The position numbers and the translations under genes were made by a program. Shown piece by piece: positions 53,284 through 63,575 of a stretch of DNA of 64,000 nt. The DNA lies in NCBI GenBank assembly GCA_965644295.1, contig CBFFRP010000020.1, positions 104,087-168,086 on the forward strand. The letters are read 5' to 3'. The DNA comes from Paraphysomonas bandaiensis. Taxonomy: Eukaryota; Protista; Chrysophyceae. Numbering within the stretch: position 1 is the stretch's first letter; each line of letters starts with the position of its first letter. Below the pieces are notes generated by a model, which saw only the letters and a program-made list of their open reading frames with translations, ran no database searches and had not been told where the DNA came from.

Positions 53284-54633
53284 ATGTCAGGATTACCAAA
53301 AAACGTATTATATACAAATAATATAAATTCAAGTTATGCGCGTAATTATCAGAATAATATAGCTCCACAAAATGGTTTGGGGCCATATGGTGCAGGAGAG
53401 ACCATAATTATTAATATTCCTACCGGTCGTAATCTCGTAATGTCTGGTGCTGATTCACTTTTAAAATTAAGCTTAATAGTAAACACAGCAACAACTACGG
53501 CGGTTTCAGAATTCGTAAGACTAGATAAAGCCGGTATTCATTCCCTAATTTCTAGAGTGCGAGTATTTCATGGCTCTACTTTACTTTCAGATATTCAGAA
53601 TTATAATAATCTAGTCGGTGAGCTCATGGCTTTGCAACAGTCTAACGACTCTTTTATTAACAAACACACAATTTTATCAGGAACGGAAAGTTTCAGTATT
53701 GTTGACAGCACAACAAGCACAAACGAGGGTTTAATTGTTGGTGAAAGACTTAATGAATTCACACAAGTTGCAGATGGGGGCAGTACAACTAAACGATATT
53801 ATACAGTACCAATAATGAATTTTTTAAGCTACAGTGATAAATATATTCCACTGTTCGCAATGACCGGCGCACCTTTACGACTAGAAATAGTTCTGGTTAA
53901 TAATCCATTAGAGGGCATTTGTTGCGATAAAGCCATAGATTCAATAGCTATTAATGACGTTGAATATGTTTGTAATTTTATGGAGTTATCAGATGACGCA
54001 ATGAATAAAATTAATTTGGCATCAAATGGACCTTTAAGGTGGGTTGTACAAGATTACAGAAATTATTCACATACTGGAAATATTGCCGCTAACGTTGAAC
54101 TTAGTGTTCCCGTACCCGCTAAATATAACTCTTTAAGATCTCTATTTTTCAGTATGCGTGATAAACACGCTGGAGCAGTCACCTATTTCCCTCTGTCATC
54201 AAATCATTTCGGTCTAGAGTCATACAGTGTTAGATTAGGTAGTAAGACCGTACCAACTAAAGCACCTAGTTGCCTTCCTGAATTTTTCGGCGAATTGATC
54301 AGAGCAATTGGAAGCGTAAGCGATTTGAATCATGAACCAAGCATTAATATAAATACTTATGATATGCAAGCGTCAGCAGCCAATAGCGAGACAGCAGCCG
54401 ATTATGACGGGTGTGCAGTATCATCCAACTTTTATTTAGGTTTAGATCTAGAAAGTTACAGCAGCTCAGGCATGGAAACAGTTTACCAGGGTTATAACAG
54501 TAGCACTGACGATATATTTTTTATGCCTCGTTTTTCCTCAAGTGCCCCCACTGTGACCGCACGCATAGATACATACGCTTATTTTGATCAAGTCATTTTG
54601 ATTGAAAACGGTTTTGCAACATTGCAATATTAA
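53284..54633 (+). CDS. Major capsid protein (double jelly roll, PLV type), intact 449 aa
   Basis: IAPQNG..Y.AGETIIINIP, IHSLISRVRVFHGSTLLSDIQNYNNL, KYIPLFAM..LRLEI, SLRSLFFS, FYLGLDLE, YAYFDQVILI. Size and synteny with the penton gene agree. Confidence 0.9.
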   Translation: MSGLPKNVLYTNNINSSYARNYQNNIAPQNGLGPYGAGETIIINIPTGRNLVMSGADSLLKLSLIVNTATTTAVSEFVRLDKAGIHSLISRVRVFHGSTLLSDIQNYNNLVGELMALQQSNDSFINKHTILSGTESFSIVDSTTSTNEGLIVGERLNEFTQVADGGSTTKRYYTVPIMNFLSYSDKYIPLFAMTGAPLRLEIVLVNNPLEGICCDKAIDSIAINDVEYVCNFMELSDDAMNKINLASNGPLRWVVQDYRNYSHTGNIAANVELSVPVPAKYNSLRSLFFSMRDKHAGAVTYFPLSSNHFGLESYSVRLGSKTVPTKAPSCLPEFFGELIRAIGSVSDLNHEPSININTYDMQASAANSETAADYDGCAVSSNFYLGLDLESYSSSGMETVYQGYNSSTDDIFFMPRFSSSAPTVTARIDTYAYFDQVILIENGFATLQY

Positions 54634-54716
54634 ATTTATAAAAAACCTTTAGATTTTTAAAAAAATAAAAAATTAAAAAATTTATTATTTAAAAAATAAT
54701 ATATATTTGTATATTA

Positions 54717-57700
54717 ATGAGTACAAAAGAGAGTTTTGAAGAGTTTGATTTAGAACACCTTGATAACCTGACTTATGAACAGTTGTAACTTTTCTGTGCC
54801 CGCAGATGACTCACAAACCGTGACTCAACTCTGAATGGACCAAGAAAAGATGATCTCTTGTCTAGACTCTACAACCCACCAAAATAGTATCCGCCAGCGG
54901 GCTGCGATACTGTCCAGGGCGCAACGACGGGCGCACTGCCAGAAACACTAACAAACCGTAGGTGCTCTTTAAGAAAAGTAAATTATAAAGTCAGTGACAA
55001 GAATGAGCAAACACCCATCTCGTTCAACGTAGATCAACACTACACTACGATCAACACTTCACACTCGAAAAACAATATTCACGTACTAAAACCAATATTC
55101 ACATACGAAAACTTCGACTATCTACGAAATCACGTATTTTGTACTAAAACTTCGAAGTTCTGGACTTCAGTCCAAATCAAATGTGAATCGCCGTCAGAAA
55201 CTGAAAAACGTATCTCAGCTACTAAACTGAAAACCTCGAATGTCGTAAACTGATAAAGGTAAGTCCCAAATACAGTGAATATACCCTGTATATGACAACC
55301 TCTATATGCATATGTATACCATATATATACCATATACTGCTCCAGATATATGCGATATATACACACTATATACAGCACAGTATTCTATATACAAATACAC
55401 GCAGTGTATACTGCTGCGTGACACTACCCTCTTTTTCCTTCCAACGGATAAGAGATTCCGGAAATTAGGAAAATTCTAAATTAAGAGAGGATATTGGGAA
55501 ATCTGGCACAGACGGCGGAGTCTACCAGAACCATGGTGTCAGGGTTAAAATCTTGTGTAGTTCCATAGTTCTGGATAGGCTGACCATTCAAAAGTAGAGT
55601 TAAAGAGAGAACAATACACATCAATAGTGATCCTTTTGCGGCCCGCCCAACGCTTATAGACACATTGAACTACATAAAGAGTATCATATGCATTAGGTAA
55701 TTCTAAAGCGTCATAGAAGTCTGCACCCCACGCTCGAAGATTAACAAAGACAACGTCTCCAGGTATGACAGTGGATATAACACACTTCTTGAGTTTAGTC
55801 TTCTGTTGCACTGCTTCCTTTGCAGTAAAACGTAAGGGAAACAATTCAGGGACACTGAAAATATATTCATGAAAAGATTCACTTGTCGCAAGATCAGTAG
55901 AATATGGCATCCACAACAACGATTGATCGGAGAAGAGAACTCTGAAATCCATAGTAGTTCTTTTTTCGGGGTCCCCTCTATAAGCCACCACTTTGTCAAG
56001 AAAAAATTGCCTATAGTCAATCATTGCTATGCGAAAAGCCTCCTCCTTGCTACCAAAGAATGGCTTCAACCAGGACATATGTAACGTTACATCAAACCGC
56101 ATTACTAAATGAGTACAAATAACATCGGCCTTGTACGTGGATACTACTTCATACGGTCCTTTGAATCGAGGATATAATTTGGACGGCTTATGTTTCGTTA
56201 CATCCAGTTTAAACAAAACAAGCTGGCCTGGTTGATATTGATTCATTTTCTCTGCTGGGGTTTTGGACATACGTTTATTCTGAATTTTCTTCTGAACTTC
56301 ACACGCAATTTTCCTGATAGCTTTAAGGTTATCATTGAAATTGGAAATATAAGTCGAAGAAGCAAATTCATCTGAAGAACTGTCAGGGATATGAAAATAC
56401 TTTGAATCCATTGTTCCAAACGTAAACTCAAAAGGTGAAAGACCCGTCTCACTTGAAATTTCATCGTTGAGAATGAATTGTATCAACAAATAGCATTCTG
56501 GGTCACTCCAATTTTCTAATCTTTCGTCATGAACCAATGCACTAAGAAAACGCAATAATTCCCGATTACTTCGTTCCACCATGTTGGACTCACGTCTATT
56601 CACTAACGACATTCTAAAGCGGACTCCAAACCATTTCAGGAGTAACTGAACAACCCTAGCTGTGATATTCGAACCTGGATCCGATACCATCACTTCAGAA
56701 ATCCCATATGTGACAAAGTAACTGAACAAAGCACGTGCCACTCCCTCTGCTGAGTAATTACGAGCTGGATATATTCCTACTAGGCGAGATGGTAATTGTT
56801 TCACCACATGAATACAACAATAACCATTAGCATCTACCGGAGTAACAGTCAATGTATCGAAACCCACAAAATGTCTGCAATTATCAAGATTTAATGCTCT
56901 TATCGGTGCTTGCAACGATGTACTCATATCATAACCTAACTTTTGACAAATAGGACATCGATCAATAAAATCTTGGATAATTTCTGTTGTCAAGGTATGA
57001 CCCGGAAATACCTTACTAAGTTTCAACCATGTTCTCTTAGCTCCACGATGACCCATTCTACCATTGTGTACTAGATCAAAAGCTTCTTTTAGAGACTTTG
57101 GCTGTAAATTCTGATTAGCTAACTCATCCAAGGCTTTGACTAGTTCCTCTGGGAATTCTGAAACACAAGCAAGATCTTCTGCCTCCGCTGACAACATACC
57201 ACTCTCATCATACATAAAAAGTTGGTCTTCCGACAACAGACTAGAATTCTCATACTCCACTCCTAGACACAATTCAATATCTGAACATGAATCTTGAAGA
57301 CACATATCTAACAACATGACACAAGAAGCTGCTCTCTCCTGTCCCATTCTTGATAACCAATCCGCGAAACGATTTAGTTTACCTTTGAAATGTAACCAAT
57401 CCATATCAAAGTTTTGCATGAACATTCTCATTCGAACTATTCGGTCAACCACTGAAATTTCCATCCACTTTAGATTTGCATGATCCGTCATAATCGTAAA
57501 GTGTTTTCCTCTCAAGTAGTACGACAACTTAAAGATAGAATAGAATATACCAAAACATTCCTTGTTTATAGTTGACCATTTGAAAGCAAGATCTTAAAAT
57601 TTTTTAGAAACCATAGAAAGAAATCAAGTACATTCTCTTGTTGAGATATTGACACACAGACTCAATACCCACATCATAGATAGCCTTTTTTGTCGACTGG

Positions 57701-60700
57701 AAATCTGTATAACACTTACATGGAAAAGGAAACCTGGAAATTATATAAAACATCAAGTTAACTGCAGAACTTCCATGTTGAACTTTGACTCATTGATTCC
57801 CACATAGTTACTCAGAACAATGTATAACCACCAGTTTTGATACACTCATAGAATCAATTTTCAACTCAGGAATACATAGCATCTGATAGTTCTCTGACAT
57901 TAGAGTTCGAACAACAGACTTTCTATCACATCACTGACACAGGATCTCACTCATTACCCTGAACTGTTTGAGAAGTGACAACCTCGAAAGAATTTTACAT
58001 TCCAAGAAAATAATATAATATCATCAAACTCAAACAACTTATTTTGAATCAAGGAATTCAAAATTGTAGGTACATTTCAAATACCATCACAATAGCACTC
58101 TGGAAGTTTAGATACCACCGAACAAAATATTTTCAGTAACCTTCTTGTACTCAACACTTCAAGTTTAAATGCAAAGAACCGTTGAAAAAACTAACAACAT
58201 CTCTCTTGTCTTTTGAAGAAAACATCACTTTCACTCGCATCACATTCTGAATCTCACAATATCACCACCATACTGACAAGCAATGTAATCGGAGATAACT
58301 CCTGATGAAGAACAATGAATGTCGAAAACACTCCCTCACAGAAGAATCTGCTCTCACTTGATTCAAAATTTCAATTGGCAATAGACATTCAAACTCTCTC
58401 AATACAATTGCAGCACAATACCAGACACATGTGCAACAACACTGTCCACAGAATGAACTATGTATATCATCGAACAATGTATCCAACTTGGAAAACTTAT
58501 GAACGATAATGTCACGAGAAGATTCACGTAATTTGACAAGATGGCTCCCATTTAATCTGTAACACGTTTGAAACATTTTCAAGAAACTTCAGAAACTCCT
58601 CTTGCAACCATCATTGAAATGAAATTAAACAGTATGACGTTACATCATTGGCCAACATACTATTGAACTCACTGACAGAATTTTCGCTCTTAACTCTCAG
58701 TCTAACTCAATACAACTTTAGTATTTTGACACCTCACTTTGCAAAACACAAACTTCAACTCTCAAAACAAATCTGAACTTCAAACAATTGAACAACTCAA
58801 TAGTAATGGACTCTCAAATCGAAAACATTAATCATATATATCTCATCGAAATTATTGAACAACAAATAAATCAAACTGAACCAGAAAAGAAACAATCGCT
58901 AATATTGAATAGCTCATTCTCGATTATATACAATATATAGTATTATATAAGTATCATCGGTATATAGTATAGGTAAAATGATATCACGTATGTCGAATCT
59001 GTACAATTTGAAACACAGGCTCATTGAACTCTCCATTCCAGGAATACAAAGAAAACTCCACCGGCCTTGCTTCTACAATATCTTAATATATATGAACATA
59101 AAATATGATACAAATTCACAACTGACTCTCGCACCCACATCGAACACATTCACATTGACGCCATGAAACATCACTCAATCATTTGAACACTGCACCCCAT
59201 GTAGACACTCCACAACAAACTGCTGTTGACTAGCTTCTCTGCTCAACACACACTTGATTCTAAGAACATAGTATTCACTGACAACATATGTTCGAATTGA
59301 CTCTGGTGTAGACACTCATCACAACAAACTGAATTTGAACTGACAAAATATCGGACAAAATATTTACAATACAATACAATCTCTCCATCGCAAGCATTGC
59401 ACAACGAATCCTCTGAGACAGAAACTCATGAAGACATTCGTTACAATACAACACTATCTCACATCCAAACCGAAATGAAATGAATAGGCACACTGATGAT
59501 AATGTAACTCCATTAGTAATACAACATCAACATCTGGTACAACCACATTTCATTATTCCAACAGGTTGAACTTAGAATTGAAAAAGACACACCGATTTGG
59601 CAATAGGCGGTCCAGGACCATGCTCATCGCACAACACAAGTTCTTTAAAACACACGTCTAGTTTCTCAACCATCATTTTACAGTAAAGAAAACTGACCAC
59701 TTCAAGCTGACTCAATGACAACACAACATGCTCTTCCATAATCTGTCCTAGCACTGCACAATAGCTTAATGGAATCAATGTACCACTAGCAACCATGGCA
59801 TTCCATATGGCTAATTGAACGATTGAGACAACAGATGAATCACAGCCAATATCGTCCTTGACAGTAGGTTCCTCATGTGAAAGCTGATTCACTGAAACAA
59901 CCGGTACAGAAGAACAACCATTGAATTGCACAACAGGTCCATCGATCTGCTGCTCCTGATCAATCTTTGAGACAACATTGCTTATCATCTTCTCAACAAG
60001 TATCACAACATCTGACTCAACATGCACGGGGCTAATGCACTGTTCCTTGACACACATAACAGGGCATTCCACTTCTGAGTCCACGTTCTGAGGGGAATTT
60101 GAATCCTTATCATAAGAATCAGGAAACACTGAAAAACTATTCTCCACCTCAGCAGGTAATTCCATAATATCAGAGACAACAATATCTTGCATTAACAAAG
60201 GCTCCACCTTGGCAGAATTGATACTCTCAATATGAACATCCGAAGGCTGATTCACAACGCAAACAACTTCCTTGACTTTTGAATCATCAAATGGAATTTG
60301 GGAAATTTCCTTTACAGGAAGAGGTGAAACTTTTTCTTTGGAAACAACTGAAGCTACTGGTGAAGTCCTCCGAGATCTTATCTCTTCGACTGCTGTAAGA
60401 CGTTGAGTAACTTCCACTCGAAACTCATTGAAATTCTCCTCCTGCCTTAGCTGTTGCTGATTAAGCTGATGCATGTCCTCCCGAAGCTGTTGCTGAATAT
60501 CGTCCCGAAGCTGCTGATTTTGCTGTTGAATCTCATCCCGAAGCTCGTCTCTTAGTTGCTGAAATTGTTGACTGAACATGTTGACCATGTCTTGGAAGCC
60601 TTGAGGCTCCATGGCTCAATCACACGAAAACTAAACACACTTATCTCTTGGGCTCAATATATATTAACTTGGTACAAATATACTGCTAAGCTAAGCTAAG

Positions 60701-62816
60701 TAATATTACTGTAACTTTTCTGTGCCCGCAGATGACTCACAAACCGTGACTCAACTCTGAATGGACCAAGAAAAGATGATCTCTTGTCTAGACTCTACAA
60801 CCCACCAAAATAGTATCCGCCAGCGGGCTGCGATACTGTCCAGGGCGCAACGACGGGCGCACTGCCAGAAACACTAACAAACCGTAGGTGCTCTTTAAGA
60901 AAAGTAAATTATAAAGTCAGTGACAAGAATGAGCAAACACCCATCTCGTTCAACGTAGATCAACACTACACTACGATCAACACTTCACACTCGAAAAACA
61001 ATATTCACGTACTAAAACCAATATTCACATACGAAAACTTCGACTATCTACGAAATCACGTATTTTGTACTAAAACTTCGAAGTTCTGGACTTCAGTCCA
61101 AATCAAATGTGAATCGCCGTCAGAAACTGAAAAACGTATCTCAGCTACTAAACTGAAAACCTCGAATGTCGTAAACTGATAAAGGTAAGTCCCAAATACA
61201 GTGAATATACCCTGTATATGACAACCTCTATATGCATATGTATACCATATATATACCATATACTGCTCCAGATATATGCGATATATACACACTATATACA
61301 GCACAGTATTCTATATACAAATACACGCAGTGTATACTGCTGCGTGACACAGTCCAAAGCTTACGTAACAAATTATTTTTTCCCACTTACAAACGGCGCA
61401 CATGCACTTAGAACAGGACATAAAAAATTTAGCATTATGGAACACAAAAAAGTTAAAGAAACGTATTTTAACAGAATGGATAAACGGATAGCAAAATATT
61501 ATTTCACTGAATTTAAAGGGCTTCGTAAAATGGTTTATGAGCTTGGCAAAGGTATATTCCCTGATAAAAAGAAATTAAATTTAGCCGCTCAGTTTGCACA
61601 TGACTATAAACCATATGAAGACTTTGATGATGAGAGTAAGGAAGGTGTACAGGCGTTTTTATCATATATTAAAGAAATATTGGCATCCAATGATCAGGTA
61701 CAATATGAATATTTATTAAAGTGGTTTGCCAATATGACAAAGGGTAATAAAAACGAATCTATCATTTTCCTAAAAGGTCCTCAGGGCATAGGTAAATCAA
61801 CCATATCCCTATTTATGAATACTTACGTACTTGGCCGTGACCTGTGTTTAGAAGCTGGCGCGGACGTATTGACATCTAAATTTAATTCAGATCTAGGAGG
61901 TAAATTATTTGTATATTTTGAAGAATTAGAAAAACAAAGCAGGGCTGATTGGGACGCAATCAATACTAAATTAAAACGATATACGACGAGCGACGTTTAT
62001 ATAATAAATCCAAAGCATGAGTCAACATATCAGGCTGCAAATATTAATAATTATTTAATTAATGCAAATTATAGTTTAAATGAAGAATGCGGAAGAAGGT
62101 ATTTTATTTGTGATGTTTGTTGTAAAAAACGTAATGACTTAAAATATTTTGGATGGCTACGTAATCTATGCTTTAATAACGAGGTAGGACATGCTTTTTA
62201 CTGTTATTTAATGGAATACAACACAGAAAAATTTTATAGTCAAAATTTCCCTATCACAAAAAACAAGTTAGACGCATACGCCAAGAGATTAGGAAGCGTT
62301 GAAATGTTTTTAAAGGATGAATTTGTATTAAAGAGATTGGATATAAATAATATACTTGTTAAAGAAATATTTAACCATTATATCCAGTATTGCACTCAAA
62401 ATAATATTAAACCAGTTAAACATACAATTGATTTTAATAAGGTCATGAGTGAATTAAATTTTATTCACAAAAAGAATAAAGATAGGCGTAATGTGTACAA
62501 TGTTACATTAGACGAATTAAATAAAGTTTCTGAATCTTTACATTGGGTTCATGAATTAGATGAATATGATGATGGCCCTGATGTAGAATATAATATTAAA
62601 GATAAAATTAAAAAACGTTGCAATACAAATACCATTACAAGCGCTATTAAAAAGATTAGCAATAAACAAAGCGATAAAACAGATGAAGATACAGATGATG
62701 ATACAGATGAAGATGAAGATGAAGATACAGATGAAGATGATGATGAAGATGAAACACCCCGTGTAAGTCAGAAGACAGTGAAAGATATAATGAAAACTTA
62801 CGGAATAAATATTTAA
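54717..62816 (+). CDS. SF3/D5-like helicase, interrupted after codon 22 by the LTR element (54717-54783 joined to 61354-62816 = 509 aa)
   Basis: Walker A GPQGIGKS, Walker B VYFEE, motif C INAN, GRRYF. MSTKESFEEFDLEHLDNLTYEQ joins SKAYVTNYFF in frame once the element and one TSD are removed. Confidence 0.9.
54784..55423 (-). repeat. 3' LTR
   Basis: TGTAACTTTT...GCGTGACA, identical by eye to 60710-61349. Confidence 0.95.
55424..55442 (-). other. Polypurine tract
   Basis: Minus strand GGAAGGAAAAAGAGGGTAG abuts the 3' LTR. Confidence 0.85.
55545..57620 (-). CDS. pol remnant: partial RNase H, integrase (HHCC, DDE, GPY/F), chromodomain-like and extra C-terminal domain
   Basis: WSTINKECFGI..FTIMTDHANL..ADWLSR (RNase H); H..GH..CPIC; FDTL / SDPGSN / VERSN; KLYPRFKGPYEV; LDKVVAYRG..FRVLF..WMP. 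In-frame TAA at 57594-57596; open for 660+ codons downstream of it. Confidence 0.88.
59572..60612 (-). CDS. Gag-position ORF (Gln-rich coiled-coil N-terminus)
   Basis: 346-aa ORF starting ~100 bp inside the 5' LTR boundary. No zinc knuckle recognised. Confidence 0.6.
   Translation of the reverse strand: MEPQGFQDMVNMFSQQFQQLRDELRDEIQQQNQQLRDDIQQQLREDMHQLNQQQLRQEENFNEFRVEVTQRLTAVEEIRSRRTSPVASVVSKEKVSPLPVKEISQIPFDDSKVKEVVCVVNQPSDVHIESINSAKVEPLLMQDIVVSDIMELPAEVENSFSVFPDSYDKDSNSPQNVDSEVECPVMCVKEQCISPVHVESDVVILVEKMISNVVSKIDQEQQIDGPVVQFNGCSSVPVVSVNQLSHEEPTVKDDIGCDSSVVSIVQLAIWNAMVASGTLIPLSYCAVLGQIMEEHVVLSLSQLEVVSFLYCKMMVEKLDVCFKELVLCDEHGPGPPIAKSVCLFQF
60710..61349 (-). repeat. 5' LTR
   Basis: 640 bp, identical by eye to 54784-55423. 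Confidence 0.95.
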
Positions 62817-62865
62817 AAAAATAAAAAATAATTTATTTAAAAAATTAATATATAAATATATATTA

Positions 62866-63120
62866 ATGAGAGATAAATTTATAGTAGAAATATATGATAA
62901 TAATAATAATCTGATTACATCACAACACTTTACATCCTATAAAGCAATAGCACAGGAATACGATATACAATATTCAGAAGCTAGGAAACTTAACGCTTTA
63001 TGTGAGTCACGTACAACATGTAAATACTTACATCCATCATTAAAGCGACTGATTAACAGAATAAAAATTTATGATATTAATAATATAAATAATTATGATA
63101 TTAAAAAAATAAAAATTTAA
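62866..63120 (+). CDS. PLV small protein, NUMOD1/HTH-like DNA-binding candidate
   Basis: VEIYDNNNNLITSQHFTSYKAIAQEYDI resembles NUMOD1. Conserved upstream motif TTATTTAAAAAATTAATATATA..TATATTA-ATG. Confidence 0.65.
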   Translation: MRDKFIVEIYDNNNNLITSQHFTSYKAIAQEYDIQYSEARKLNALCESRTTCKYLHPSLKRLINRIKIYDINNINNYDIKKIKI

Positions 63121-63152
63121 TTATTTAAAAAATTAATATATAGTATATATTA

Positions 63153-63485
63153 ATGGACAAATATAAGTTTTATAAGATTGATGAGAAGGACTTTAAAAAC
63201 TCAGTTGAAATTACGACCAGATTCAGACACAGAAAGAAAGGTAAAGAATTAGACGTTCCTGATATGCACTTTTTATATAATATGGTTGAGGAAAACTTAC
63301 CAGAAGATGCCAATATAATGGTTAGAGCGTTAAATGGTCATAGATACTTTACATTTAAAGGGTATACTAGTTACCAGCTGAACGTGCAGGATTTTGATGA
63401 CTATTATAAAAGCTCAGTCAAGAATACTGAGAAATTTGAGAAGTTTGAATTTATTGATATAACGGTGTTCATGTCTACGACATGA
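63153..63485 (+). CDS. PLV hypothetical protein (110 aa)
   Basis: ORF with the same upstream motif as 62866 and 63576. Confidence 0.72.
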   Translation: MDKYKFYKIDEKDFKNSVEITTRFRHRKKGKELDVPDMHFLYNMVEENLPEDANIMVRALNGHRYFTFKGYTSYQLNVQDFDDYYKSSVKNTEKFEKFEFIDITVFMSTT

Positions 63486-63575
63486 TCCATACGTTAACTC
63501 CTGTTTTTATGGAAAAATAAATAATTAAAAAATTAAAAAATTAAATATTTAAAAAATAATATATAGTATATATTA

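Larger units (their letters stand above)
54784..61349 (-). mobile_element. Ty3/Gypsy chromovirus-like LTR retroelement, apparently non-autonomous
   Basis: Two 640-bp TG...CA LTRs, 4-bp TSD CAGT (54780-54783 and 61350-61353), PPT, and RNaseH-integrase domain order. Confidence 0.95.

Noticed and set aside
55130-55378. Identical 82-aa ORFs at 55130 and 61056
   Set aside because: A by-product of the two LTR copies, not a duplicated gene.
61218-61349. Track ORF start taken as the native helicase N-terminus
   Set aside because: The first 44 codons are LTR sequence; the native start is ATG 54717 with the viral promoter motif.
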